Shown here in pieces: positions 9,339-21,172 of a DNA stretch of 64,000 bases; positions within the stretch are counted from its first letter, which is position 1, and every line of letters begins with the position of its first letter. The stretch is from an uncultured Chitinophagales bacterium (GTDB taxonomy: Bacteria; Bacteroidota; Bacteroidia; Chitinophagales; S012-47). Below the pieces are notes generated by a model. That model made no database searches, had not been told where the DNA came from, and saw only the letters and a program-made list of their open reading frames with translations. The stretch is taken from assembly GCA_964413685.1 (NCBI GenBank), contig CAYPSW010000002.1, positions 141,526 through 205,525 of the forward strand, read 5' to 3'. The position numbers were made by a program, and so were the translations under genes.

Positions 9339-10811
9339 ATGCGTAAAGCAGTAATTTTCATTTTTGTCTTATCAGTAATGGTAAGTGCCTGTAAAAAGAG
9401 CTTGATTACCGGTCCTGTAAATCAAAATCTGCCTCCCGAAACTCATACTGTAATTGATACTATTATTAGGTTAGGAGCCGATCGTCTTACAAGTTCTGTA
9501 AGTATTCAATGGTGGGGTGACGATTCGGATGGTTTTGTAGCCGGGTTTGAATACACCTTTGATGACTTATCTGCATCATCCGTGTTCTGGAATCCCATTG
9601 CCTCTAATGATAGTACTTTTCTTTTATCTCCACCACCCGGCATGGACACTATTGACTTTCGATTCAGCGTAAGAGCCATCGATAATAAAGGTTTAGCTGA
9701 TCCAAGTCCCGCTTCTGTTTCTTATCCTGTTAAAAACAGTCCTCCATCAATCAGCTTTATTCCGGGAGCTAATAGTCCTGTGAGAAGTTTTCCAATACTT
9801 CGCTTCAATTGGTTAGGTGCTGACCCTGACGGATTTGAAAATCTTGATTATTATGAGTTGGCCTGGAATGACAGCAATCAAGCAACTTTTAAATTGCCGG
9901 TTAGCATAAATGGGGCCATCTTCTCAGCATCAGATCCTATGTCTGATACCTCATCAATATTGCTCTATTTTAATAACAATACACAGCCGGAACAAACCTT
10001 AATGCATGGTATGCAGATGAACGACACTAATCGCCTTTTTATTCGGGTTGTTGATCGGTCAAAGGCCATCTCAAATTGGGTGGCATCTCCCAAGGTTTAC
10101 CTTAAAAAAATAAACAGCAATATCCTGTTAGTCAACGCCTATACCTCAGGTACACAGGCCATTGAGCAATTTTACGCTGATGGCTTGATTAATCAGGGGA
10201 TACAGGTTTTCGATACGCTTCAGATTTTCGAACAGCAAGCAGGTGAGTATACTCAACTTTCTGCTGATATCCCGACTCAGACATTGATTTTTAACTCCTT
10301 CAAAACAATCATTTGGTTTGGAAACAGTGCAGCAAACAGCCTTTCGCTTGCTCAGAAAACAACCGATAATTTTTTTACTAATGGGGGCAAAATGATGATG
10401 GCAGTATATGTCTCTTCAAATTTTGATGAGCAATCGCAATTTCTTGATTTTACACCCATTAATTCACTCGTGGATCCTGTTGATACTACCTTGATTTTAA
10501 ATAATAATGCCTTGGTTACACCCGGGCAAAGCGGATGGCCGATCCTGAAATCATCAGGAATTGTTGGTATTGTAAAGCCGATTGAATTAGCTGTAGGAGT
10601 CTCTTCATTATATACTGCAGATTTACTGGGCCGTGATGAGGCTACCAATAATCTAAATCCGTGGGGAGGTCTTTCTACTGTAATGGCGATGCGGCAATCG
10701 GGAGGGAATACTAACTTTATTATGTCAACCCTTGAATTGCAGGGTCTGAACGCCAATAACAATATAGATAGTTTGTTTCATCAAATCCTTATTCAGGAAT
10801 TTGGCCTGTAA
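9339..10811 (+). CDS. Hypothetical lipoprotein with two ~100-aa repeats bearing W-x-G-x-D-x-DGF motifs
   Basis: 490 aa. Signal peptide plus lipobox (MVSAC). WWGDDSDGF starts at aa 58 and NWLGADPDGF at aa 157, so the W-x-G-x-D-x-DGF cores begin at aa 58 and aa 158, exactly 100 aa apart. The C-terminal half has an alpha/beta alternation pattern. No family recognised. Confidence 0.6.
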   Translation: MRKAVIFIFVLSVMVSACKKSLITGPVNQNLPPETHTVIDTIIRLGADRLTSSVSIQWWGDDSDGFVAGFEYTFDDLSASSVFWNPIASNDSTFLLSPPPGMDTIDFRFSVRAIDNKGLADPSPASVSYPVKNSPPSISFIPGANSPVRSFPILRFNWLGADPDGFENLDYYELAWNDSNQATFKLPVSINGAIFSASDPMSDTSSILLYFNNNTQPEQTLMHGMQMNDTNRLFIRVVDRSKAISNWVASPKVYLKKINSNILLVNAYTSGTQAIEQFYADGLINQGIQVFDTLQIFEQQAGEYTQLSADIPTQTLIFNSFKTIIWFGNSAANSLSLAQKTTDNFFTNGGKMMMAVYVSSNFDEQSQFLDFTPINSLVDPVDTTLILNNNALVTPGQSGWPILKSSGIVGIVKPIELAVGVSSLYTADLLGRDEATNNLNPWGGLSTVMAMRQSGGNTNFIMSTLELQGLNANNNIDSLFHQILIQEFGL

Positions 10812-11375
10812 ATGATGCGTAGCAAAATGGCCATATTTGCATCAGGTGCCGGGACCAATGCATCAAATCTGATTCAATATTTTAATCATCATCTGAAGGG
10901 TGAAATAATCGGTGTTTATTGCAATAATGCCAATGCCGGAGTTTGTGAAATAGCCAGAAAGGCAGGTATTCCGTTGAATCTATTTAATCGGGATGATTTC
11001 AAATCAGGACGAGTATTAGAATTACTTCAGCGAACGCATTCTGATTGGCTTATTTTAGCAGGTTTTCTTTGGCTGATGCCTTCTGAATATGTACAAGCCT
11101 TTCAAGGTAAAATTGTGAATATTCACCCGGCTCTTTTACCAGCCTATGGAGGTAAGGGAATGTTTGGACATCATGTGCATGAGGCCGTTATCAGGAATGG
11201 AGAAAAGGTTTCCGGAATCACTATTCATTATTGCAATAATGCCTACGATGAAGGAGATATAATAGCGCAGTATCGATGTCCGGTTTTGCCAAATGATACA
11301 CCTGACAGTTTAGTGAAACGAATTCATCTGCTCGAAATGGAATGGTATCCAAAAGTTATAGAAAAGTTACTTTAG
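10812..11375 (+). CDS. purN: Phosphoribosylglycinamide formyltransferase
   Basis: 187 aa with IFASGAGTNA, LAGFLWL.P and NIHPALLP..GG. The start may instead be Met6 at 10827. Confidence 0.9.
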   Translation: MMRSKMAIFASGAGTNASNLIQYFNHHLKGEIIGVYCNNANAGVCEIARKAGIPLNLFNRDDFKSGRVLELLQRTHSDWLILAGFLWLMPSEYVQAFQGKIVNIHPALLPAYGGKGMFGHHVHEAVIRNGEKVSGITIHYCNNAYDEGDIIAQYRCPVLPNDTPDSLVKRIHLLEMEWYPKVIEKLL

Positions 11376-11390
11376 ATTTCAAACTTGCGA

Positions 11391-13409
<2,019 letters not shown>

Positions 13410-13544
13410 TCATTGTCATTTGAAATTGTGCTTAACCCAACAACATAACAAGAGTGTTAATAGGCTCGTTAAAGATGTTGAATGTTTTGCTTTGGAAAGC
13501 TATATTGAAAATCCTATTTTTATTGACCTGAATTATACATCTTC

Positions 13545-14084
13545 ATGAAAGCGCTCTATCCTGTTTTATATTTTTTATTTCTCTCGATCGGTGTTCATGC
13601 ACAGCATGGAATTGCTTTACCCATTAATGCGGAAACCGGCTTGGTGGCCTATGATTCTGTGATTACTGTTGAGGGTGATAAGACTGCATTACTCAACAAG
13701 GTTTTCGAATGGTTTAAAAGTTATTACCGTAACCCAAGTCAGGTTATTCGATCACGTGATACCGGTTTATCTAAAATGACCGGTAAACATAAATTTGTCT
13801 TGATGGTGCCTAATAATAAGGGAGTTAAAGAAAATCAGGGCTACATTATTTATACTATTAAAGTTTGGACAAAAAACAATAAAGTACGCTTTTTGCTTAC
13901 CGATATCCACCGGGAGTATTCTGTTTACCTAGGCATAGAACTTTGGATGAAACCCGGAGTACCGGCCTGGGAAGAAAATCAGGCCAAACTTAAAGTTATT
14001 AATCAGTATATGAGAGATCTCCAAAAGGCTTTCTTTACTTACATGACTACTGAGGAAAAGGAATATAATGAAGACGATTGGTAG
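13545..14084 (+). CDS. Secreted hypothetical protein, DUF4468-like (TBP-like fold family)
   Basis: 179 aa with a signal peptide. The pattern VAYDSVITVEG.K..L...V.EWF..YY resembles DUF4468 proteins of Bacteroidota. Confidence 0.45.
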   Translation: MKALYPVLYFLFLSIGVHAQHGIALPINAETGLVAYDSVITVEGDKTALLNKVFEWFKSYYRNPSQVIRSRDTGLSKMTGKHKFVLMVPNNKGVKENQGYIIYTIKVWTKNNKVRFLLTDIHREYSVYLGIELWMKPGVPAWEENQAKLKVINQYMRDLQKAFFTYMTTEEKEYNEDDW

Positions 14085-14107
14085 GTTTGACAAGAAATAA
14101 ACAAGCT

Positions 14108-14857
14108 ATGGCTCTAGCATTGCATGACATTTCTACAAGAGCACCTGATAAGTGGCATAAAAAATTTGTCAAACAGGAGACTAAAAAACTAAACAAAAAA
14201 CTTCGCGAATTGCAGAATTTGCTTTTTGCCGAGGGGAAACATAGCCTGTTGATTGTTCTTCAGGGCATGGATGCAGCCGGTAAGGATGGGGCGGTTAAAA
14301 ATGTTTTTAAAGGAGTGAATCCTATGGGCTGCCATGTAAGCTCATGGAAAAAACCAACCGATGAAGAATTTAGCCACGATTTCCTGTGGCGCATTCATAA
14401 AAGCACTCCGGTCAAAGGGACTATACAAATCTTTAACCGTTCGCATTATGAGGATGTTTTAATACAAAGGGTGCATCATTGGATTGATGAAGCGCGGGTT
14501 AAAAAACGTTATGGTTTTATTAATAGTTTCGAGCAATTGCTGGAAATAAATGGTACGAGCGTGTTGAAATTCTATTTGCATATTTCTAAAGAGCGGCAGA
14601 TGGAACGGCTTGACGAGCGCAAAACCGACCCCACAAAAATGTGGAAATACAATCAAAAAGATTATGAAGAGCGTGAATATTGGGATGATTATATGAAGGC
14701 TTATAATTCCGTATTTGAGTATTGCAGTCCTGATATTCCCTGGACTATTGTTCCTTCTGATCAAAATTGGGTAAAAGAATACATCATCAGTAAAAAACTT
14801 GTTGATACCCTCGAAGGATTTGAAATGAAATATCCCGGATTGTCTGAAGAAATGTAA
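14108..14857 (+). CDS. ppk2: Polyphosphate kinase 2 family protein (polyphosphate:nucleotide phosphotransferase)
   Basis: Walker A region LLIVLQGMDAAGKDG, FNRSHYEDV, and a size typical of single-domain PPK2. Start moved from the TTG at 14078 to the ATG at 14108. Confidence 0.85.
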   Translation: MALALHDISTRAPDKWHKKFVKQETKKLNKKLRELQNLLFAEGKHSLLIVLQGMDAAGKDGAVKNVFKGVNPMGCHVSSWKKPTDEEFSHDFLWRIHKSTPVKGTIQIFNRSHYEDVLIQRVHHWIDEARVKKRYGFINSFEQLLEINGTSVLKFYLHISKERQMERLDERKTDPTKMWKYNQKDYEEREYWDDYMKAYNSVFEYCSPDIPWTIVPSDQNWVKEYIISKKLVDTLEGFEMKYPGLSEEM

Positions 14858-14862
14858 AGATT

Positions 14863-15273
14863 ATGTACTTACAATTTCCTGGTCAGCTACCTCTTTTGGC
14901 TGTTTTAACGGCTGCTGTTGCCTACTTTATATTGGGCATTATTTGGTATTCTTCTTTCTTATTTGGCCGGATTTGGGATAAACATGCTATGTTAATTAAT
15001 GAGGATAAACAAGCGATGGGCTTTCTGCAAACCATTTCATTTTTCAGCACCCTGATTGTAGTATTAACCATGGGCATTTTTATCCGGGTACTTTTTATGC
15101 CGGGATGGATACTCTCTGTTAAAATTGCCCTGTTGGCCGGCCTTGGTTTTATGTTTATTCCTGCTTTTATTAATGGACTATATCTGAAAAAACCTATCCA
15201 GCTATTATTAATTGATGGAGGCTATCATCTTGCAGGATTCGTCCTTTCTGCTATCATTCTCTCAATTTGGTGA
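14863..15273 (+). CDS. DUF1761-like small membrane protein
   Basis: 136 aa with about 4 TM segments. The N-terminal AYFILGIIWYS..FG..W resembles DUF1761. Starts 5 nt downstream of ppk2. Confidence 0.55.
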   Translation: MYLQFPGQLPLLAVLTAAVAYFILGIIWYSSFLFGRIWDKHAMLINEDKQAMGFLQTISFFSTLIVVLTMGIFIRVLFMPGWILSVKIALLAGLGFMFIPAFINGLYLKKPIQLLLIDGGYHLAGFVLSAIILSIW

Positions 15274-16830
15274 ATCACCTATTCCGGCTATTCGATCTAA
15301 CTGGGGTCCTTTAATAATTACCAATGAAGGTTTTGGTACGGTATGATTGCCATCGGGCCAGTGGCTGAATAAACTGTCTAAACTGTTTGAATACTCACCG
15401 GGATGTTGAACGGATAAAAACAATGATTTCCCATAGGGACCGAACCACGGGCCAGTAAACTCTGCATGGACAGGGGCGCTTGCCATCATCAAGGTTTTTG
15501 GCTCATTCCAATCTTGACGAAGGATAACGAAAAGTTGATTATTACCAAACATGGCATAAGTTGAATCATCCATCATGGTTCCTGAACGATCCGTGCAAAT
15601 CCATAAATTTCCTTTTGGATCGAAAGCAAGATTATCAGGAGATGAGACACCTGATTCAGTTCCTCCCTCAAGAAATATATCATAACTGAAGGTCAAAGCA
15701 TCCGGCATCGTTTCTTTTATCCGAAGTATAGAACCGTGATAATCACCTTTTGGAATATTATTGGTCAAGGCTACGAAAATATCTCCGGTTTTTGGATCTA
15801 TCTCAATATCTTCCGGACGGTTCATCGGGGTACCTCCGGCTATAACAGCGGCTTCGCGGCAACGAATCAATAATTCCGTCTGATTTTTAAAGGCGTCCTG
15901 CAAATCCTCCGATTCACTCCAGTTTAGGAGATTCCAGGTACCGTTTACGAAATCTGCAACATACAAATTGCCTTCATCAAGGCTGTTTGGCCGGGCACCA
16001 ACAAATTTATAAATACATTGATCGTTGCCGTCATCGCCCATGTAAACCACTACCCGCTTGTCATTTAATTGAGCAACGGTAGCCGATTCATGGGCAAAGC
16101 GTCCCAGAGCGAGATGTTTAATAGCCTCTCCGTTTTTGGGATTAATTTCTGCAACCCAACCGTAATGTTCAGGAGGGCGGCTAAAGTATTTATCCCAGCC
16201 AAAATAAGCCGGAGACACCTGTCTGATGCCATGATCTTCAAAACTGAGTGATCCAAAATAAGCACCCGTATTTTCCTCGCAACTTAAAACCGTACCCCAT
16301 GGTGTTAATCCTCCGGCACAATTGCTCACCATACCTATAGCAGTATCGCTACCGGCCAAAGGGCCTCCGGCTATCCTGAAAGCTGAAAAGGCATCTATTC
16401 TTCTGTTGAGGCTGTCATCGGCATTCCAAGTCCATTGATCTTCTTCATCTTTCATCAGGTGCATAATACTGCCACCCACAGCCTTCATCTCTGCCTTTAC
16501 CTGTTCTCTGGTTTTTTCTCCGCTAGCAAAATTGCTGATCATCTTAACATCAGGATATTCAAAATTAGTCCACAACCAGGCTGATTGTTCATCAATGGGT
16601 ATCAGACAATTGAAATCATTATTAAAACCAAAAGTCTGTCCTTGCGGGTTGATGCTATCTCCCCAACGAAGCAGAATTCTATAATTCAGGCCTTCAGCCA
16701 AACGCAATGAATCTGCTTTGGAGTTGCTAACGGTTTGAATTTCCTCATTTTCTTGTTTTGCTTCCTGATTTCCACAACCTGTTATCAGGATAATAAGAGC
16801 AGGCATTAACAAAGTACTCCATAAATTCAT
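15262..16830 (-). CDS. phoX: PhoX-family alkaline phosphatase (DUF839 beta-propeller)
   Basis: 522 aa with a lipoprotein-type signal (ITGC). Contains NCAGGLTPWGTVLSCEEN, GRFAHESATV and NRPEDIEIDP, all characteristic of PhoX. Confidence 0.85.
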   Translation of the reverse strand: MNLWSTLLMPALIILITGCGNQEAKQENEEIQTVSNSKADSLRLAEGLNYRILLRWGDSINPQGQTFGFNNDFNCLIPIDEQSAWLWTNFEYPDVKMISNFASGEKTREQVKAEMKAVGGSIMHLMKDEEDQWTWNADDSLNRRIDAFSAFRIAGGPLAGSDTAIGMVSNCAGGLTPWGTVLSCEENTGAYFGSLSFEDHGIRQVSPAYFGWDKYFSRPPEHYGWVAEINPKNGEAIKHLALGRFAHESATVAQLNDKRVVVYMGDDGNDQCIYKFVGARPNSLDEGNLYVADFVNGTWNLLNWSESEDLQDAFKNQTELLIRCREAAVIAGGTPMNRPEDIEIDPKTGDIFVALTNNIPKGDYHGSILRIKETMPDALTFSYDIFLEGGTESGVSSPDNLAFDPKGNLWICTDRSGTMMDDSTYAMFGNNQLFVILRQDWNEPKTLMMASAPVHAEFTGPWFGPYGKSLFLSVQHPGEYSNSLDSLFSHWPDGNHTVPKPSLVIIKGPQLDRIAGIGDSPN

Positions 16831-16846
16831 AACTGCTGATTTTTGG

Positions 16847-16854
16847 CAAAGCTA
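16847..16854 (-). promoter_or_regulatory. -7 promoter box (TAGCTTTG) upstream of phoX
   Basis: Exact TAnnTTTG on the minus strand, 16 nt upstream of the phoX ATG. Confidence 0.5.
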
Positions 16855-16994
16855 AATCTTTCTTTTTTTCTAGTCTTGATTCGTTGATTCCAACAAGTGA
16901 TATTGAGGTTAATTCAAGTTAAATATATCGGATAGATCCAGTAGCTTGCTTGATTATTGCTAATTTTCGGCATTGAAAACCAAAACCCGAAATA

Positions 16995-19900
16995 ATGAAA
17001 AGAATTTTTTCTCTGGCCTTTTCTCTGGCTTTACTGAACCTAACCCTTTTTGCTCAGGATGAAACCCGCCTGCTGCGCTTTCCTGCCATCCACGGTAATC
17101 AGGTGGTTTTTTCTTATGCCGGTGATTTATATACGGTATCTGCTACCGGAGGCACGGCACGCAAACTAACTTCTGATATAGGCTATGAGTCTTTCGCCCG
17201 ATTTTCGCCTGATGGAGCTCAAATTGCTTTTACTGCTCAGTATGATGGCAATACCGAAGTCTATACAATGCCTGCTTCAGGTGCTGTCCCGAAGCGCATA
17301 ACGTACACGGCTACACTCTCAAGAGATAATATTTGGGACCGCATGGGCCCAAATAATCTGGTTATGGGGTGGAAACACGATAATAAAACCATCGTCTTCC
17401 GTTCCAGGAAAAATTCTTTCAACTCCTTTAAAGGTGCTTTGTTTACGGTTGGTACAGATGCCGGTTTACCGATTCAGCTTCCATTCTCTACAGGTGGCTT
17501 TTGCTCTTTCTCACCCGATGATTCGAAACTGGCTTACAACCGTATATTCCGTGAATTTCGTACATGGAAATACTATCGCGGAGGAATGGCCGATGATGTC
17601 TGGGTCTATGATTTTTCCACAGGTGAATCGGAAAATATCAGCAATAATCCGGCTCAGGATATTGAACCGATGTGGACTGGTGAAAAGGTTTATTATATCT
17701 CAGACCGCGATGAAATTATGAATCTGTTTGTTTATGATCTGCTAACAAAAGAAACCCGGAAACTTACCCATTTCACCGAATACGACATTAAATGGCCTTC
17801 GCTAGGTGACAAAGCCATCGTCTTCGAAAATGCAGGCTATCTCTATACTTTTAACCTGCAAACCGAAAAACTGACTCAACTTCATATAAATATAGCTGAT
17901 GATATTGATGTAGGGCGTAATTTTTTGGCAGATGCTTCCAAAAACATCAGGGATGCAAGTATTTCACCTGATGGTAAACGTGTCATCTTCAATGCCCGTG
18001 GCGATTTGTTCACTGTTCCTGCTGAAAGTGGGATTACCAGAAATCTCACCCAATCTTCCGGTGTTCACGAACGAAATGCCATCTGGTCTCCTGACGGCCA
18101 ATGGATTGCCTATATATCAGACAGAAACGGTGAGGATGAAATTTATATCCGCAATGAGAAAGGAACAAAGGAAATTCAGCTTACTCAAAATGCTGATACC
18201 TATAAATGGGAATTAGCATGGTCGCCCGACAGTAAGAAGATTATGTGGGGCGATAAAATGTTGCGCCTGCGTTATATTGATATTGACTCCAAAAAAATCA
18301 CCGAGATTGCTCAAAACAAGGTATGGGAATATAGAAATTATAATTGGTCGCCCGACAGTAAATGGGTGACCTTCTCTGGTCAAACAAAAGAAGGATTGAC
18401 TACGGTTTATCTCTATTCGCTTGATAAAAAGACAACTTATCCCGTAACCGATGGCTGGTATAGCAGTAGTGGAACTTCATTCTCCGCTGATGGCAAATAT
18501 TTAATTTTTATCTCTGACCGCGATTTTGATCCCATTTATTCATGGACCGAATGGAATCATGCTTATGAGGATATGTCGAAGGTTTACCTTGCTACCTTAT
18601 CATCCGAAACAGCCAATCCGCTGAACCCGACACCCGATGAGGTTTCATCAGTGCTTAGCGAAACGGATGCAAAGAAGGATAAATCAAAGACTCCTGTTGT
18701 CGTTAAGGTTAATCCGGAAGGAATATCGGGACGCATCATTGCCTTGCCAATCAAGGCGGGAGCCTATGGAAATGCTCAGGGGCTTGCAGGCGGCATTTAC
18801 TATATGAAACGAGGCGATGACCGACAATCGAATCTCATGTATTTCGATTTTAAAAAACGCGAAGAAAAAGATTTGGGGCATATAGGGGGCTATGAGCTGT
18901 CTGCCAATGGTAAAAAGATGCTGATCTCAAGCAAAAAGAAATATGCAGTCATCGATCTGCCACATGCCAAAGTGGAAATGAAAAAAACGATTGATGTCTC
19001 CGGTATGAAGGTCTGGGTTGATCGTAAGGCTGAATGGGCTGAAATTTTCAGCGAAGGTTGGCGACAAATGCGCGATTTCTATTACGATCCCAATATGCAC
19101 GGTCTCGATTGGGAAGCCATCAGACAAAAATATGCGGTCCTTTTACCTTATGTTAATCACCGGGCTGACCTTACCTATATTATGGGTGAAATGATTGGCG
19201 AATTGAATACCGGCCACAGCTATGTGGGAGGAGGCAATGTTCCAAAACCCCAACGCATAAAAACCGGTCTGCTTGGTGCTCAACTCACGAAAGATGCTTC
19301 AAGTGGCTATTTCCGCATCGATCATATTTTATCTGGCGAAAATTGGAGTAAAGCCACCCGTTCGCCTCTTACCGAAATTGGAGTAGATGTGAAAGAAGGC
19401 GATTATATTCTGGCCGTGAATGGAAATTCCACAGCCGATGTAAATAATATATATCAATTGCTTGTGGGTCTTGCCAATCAGGAAATCGAGCTTACCCTGA
19501 ACCGCAAAGCCACGATGGAAGGTGCTCACGAGGAAGTGGTGAAAACCATTGCAGATGAATCAAGCCTTTATTATTACAACTGGGTGCAGGACAACATCCG
19601 AAAAGTTAATGATGCCAGCAGTGGCCAGATCGGCTACCTGCATATTCCTGATATGGGAGCCGAAGGCCTGAATGAGTTTGTAAAGCATTTCTATCCGCAG
19701 ATTAACAAAAAGGCATTGATTATTGATGTTCGCGGCAATGGAGGCGGCAATGTATCACCTATGATTATTGAGCGCCTGAACCGCGCTTTGGTCATGCTTG
19801 ACATTGCCCGCAATACAGCTCCATACCAGAATCCTGAGGATATGCTGGTAGGACCAAAGGTTACTTTAATTGATCCCTGGTCTGCCTCCGATGGCGATAT

Positions 19901-20231
19901 CTTTCCCTACCGTTTCAAGACCCTGAAAATGGGTACCATTATCGGGCAAAGAAGCTGGGGTGGTGTAGTTGGTATTCGAGGTCCGCTGCCACTTGTGGAT
20001 GGAGGTTATCTCTACAAACCTGAATTTGCTCCTTATGATACCGAAGGTAAGAAATGGGTGATCGAAGGCCATGGAGTAGATCCTGATATTGTGGTGGTGA
20101 ACGACCCTGCCAAAGTATTTAGCGGACAGGACGAGCAGCTTGACAAAGCCATCGAAGTTATTCTGGAACAATTGAAAAGCTATCCGAAAGAATTACCCGG
20201 CCCGCCTCCCTTTAAGAGGAAGAATGAATAA
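16995..20231 (+). CDS. Tricorn protease homologue (S41B peptidase with beta-propeller, PDZ and C-terminal catalytic domains)
   Basis: 1078 aa. The N-terminal LLRFPAIHGNQVVFSYAGDLYTV, repeated SPDG propeller blades and C-terminal S41 region fit tricorn protease homologues. Confidence 0.88.
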   Translation: MKRIFSLAFSLALLNLTLFAQDETRLLRFPAIHGNQVVFSYAGDLYTVSATGGTARKLTSDIGYESFARFSPDGAQIAFTAQYDGNTEVYTMPASGAVPKRITYTATLSRDNIWDRMGPNNLVMGWKHDNKTIVFRSRKNSFNSFKGALFTVGTDAGLPIQLPFSTGGFCSFSPDDSKLAYNRIFREFRTWKYYRGGMADDVWVYDFSTGESENISNNPAQDIEPMWTGEKVYYISDRDEIMNLFVYDLLTKETRKLTHFTEYDIKWPSLGDKAIVFENAGYLYTFNLQTEKLTQLHINIADDIDVGRNFLADASKNIRDASISPDGKRVIFNARGDLFTVPAESGITRNLTQSSGVHERNAIWSPDGQWIAYISDRNGEDEIYIRNEKGTKEIQLTQNADTYKWELAWSPDSKKIMWGDKMLRLRYIDIDSKKITEIAQNKVWEYRNYNWSPDSKWVTFSGQTKEGLTTVYLYSLDKKTTYPVTDGWYSSSGTSFSADGKYLIFISDRDFDPIYSWTEWNHAYEDMSKVYLATLSSETANPLNPTPDEVSSVLSETDAKKDKSKTPVVVKVNPEGISGRIIALPIKAGAYGNAQGLAGGIYYMKRGDDRQSNLMYFDFKKREEKDLGHIGGYELSANGKKMLISSKKKYAVIDLPHAKVEMKKTIDVSGMKVWVDRKAEWAEIFSEGWRQMRDFYYDPNMHGLDWEAIRQKYAVLLPYVNHRADLTYIMGEMIGELNTGHSYVGGGNVPKPQRIKTGLLGAQLTKDASSGYFRIDHILSGENWSKATRSPLTEIGVDVKEGDYILAVNGNSTADVNNIYQLLVGLANQEIELTLNRKATMEGAHEEVVKTIADESSLYYYNWVQDNIRKVNDASSGQIGYLHIPDMGAEGLNEFVKHFYPQINKKALIIDVRGNGGGNVSPMIIERLNRALVMLDIARNTAPYQNPEDMLVGPKVTLIDPWSASDGDIFPYRFKTLKMGTIIGQRSWGGVVGIRGPLPLVDGGYLYKPEFAPYDTEGKKWVIEGHGVDPDIVVVNDPAKVFSGQDEQLDKAIEVILEQLKSYPKELPGPPPFKRKNE

Positions 20232-20450
20232 ATTACATCAAGGGCTTGCTACCTTTTTGTGGACGATAAAGTAAGTCATAATTAGTAGTTTATTAAAACA
20301 TTTGCATTATGACAGAAACAAGAAGAGTACTGAAAAGAAATTGCCGCATCCATCAGTGCCCCTCTTAAGTGTTTGCATACCTTAGGTATGGGCTGGGCCG
20401 TATAATTTCTCTTTGGAGCAGCCAGAATTACGGGCAAGAGAAATGGTCTT

Positions 20451-21092
20451 TCAAAAACTAATGGCTAGCAGCAAATGGCCTTTTTTGAAGTGGATTTTCA
20501 CAAGTCCTTCGCGCAGTACTTCATTACTGGTCCCGATGCGTCCGCCCATTTCCAATATCTCATTGTGTAAAGGATAGCGAAGATTTTCTGTAAGGATGCC
20601 TTCCACTTTAGCAATCGGCATCAGGGACAGCACGGTTCCCGCAAGGAAGTTTTTACTAAAATCTTTCGGCAGGTCGAAAATTTCCATAAAATCGTCCACC
20701 AGATGAGCCTGTATACGGCCAGTATATTTTACCAGATTGCTAAGATTGGCATAGGCATGATCGGATCTGGCTCCGGTGGCCCAGAGGATATCCACTATTT
20801 TATAGCCTTTTTCAATTAGGTAGTCGAGCCCTTTTTCAAAATCTGTTTTTTCCTGATCGGGGCGATGAAGTACTACCAGATCAGGGTATTTCTTTTGGAT
20901 TTTATCAAGTCCTTCAACACTATCGAGATCACCAAGCACCGCATCGGGGATGATATTTGCTTTAAGCAGACGGTTCAATGCTCCATCAAGCGCCAGGACA
21001 AAGTCTGCTTCAGTGGCTTTCTCTTGCAATAGTTTATAACTACAGGCAGCCCCGTTAGCAATCATTAAAGCATATTTTTTAAATGCTTGCAT
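20451..21092 (-). CDS. Thiamine pyrophosphokinase
   Basis: 213 aa with GDLDS, EKTDFEKGL, GARSDH and a C-terminal thiamine-binding beta domain (LRYPL). Confidence 0.8.
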   Translation of the reverse strand: MQAFKKYALMIANGAACSYKLLQEKATEADFVLALDGALNRLLKANIIPDAVLGDLDSVEGLDKIQKKYPDLVVLHRPDQEKTDFEKGLDYLIEKGYKIVDILWATGARSDHAYANLSNLVKYTGRIQAHLVDDFMEIFDLPKDFSKNFLAGTVLSLMPIAKVEGILTENLRYPLHNEILEMGGRIGTSNEVLREGLVKIHFKKGHLLLAISF

Positions 21093-21172
21093 TTTGAAAA
21101 ATCGATTGAAACAAAAATAAAAAGGATGATTCAGAATTTGGTCTTAATTTCATAACCGAAAACAAAGCAATT

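Noticed and set aside
20309-20368. A 19-aa ORF (MTETRRVLKRNCRIHQCPS) and small hairpins (CATACC-TTA-GGTATG at about 20377-20391, and an imperfect stem at about 20398-20436) in the convergent tricorn/thiamine-pyrophosphokinase spacer.
   Set aside because: There is no consensus promoter, no U-tract and no neighbouring maturation genes. The short stems are compatible with ordinary 3'-UTR structure.
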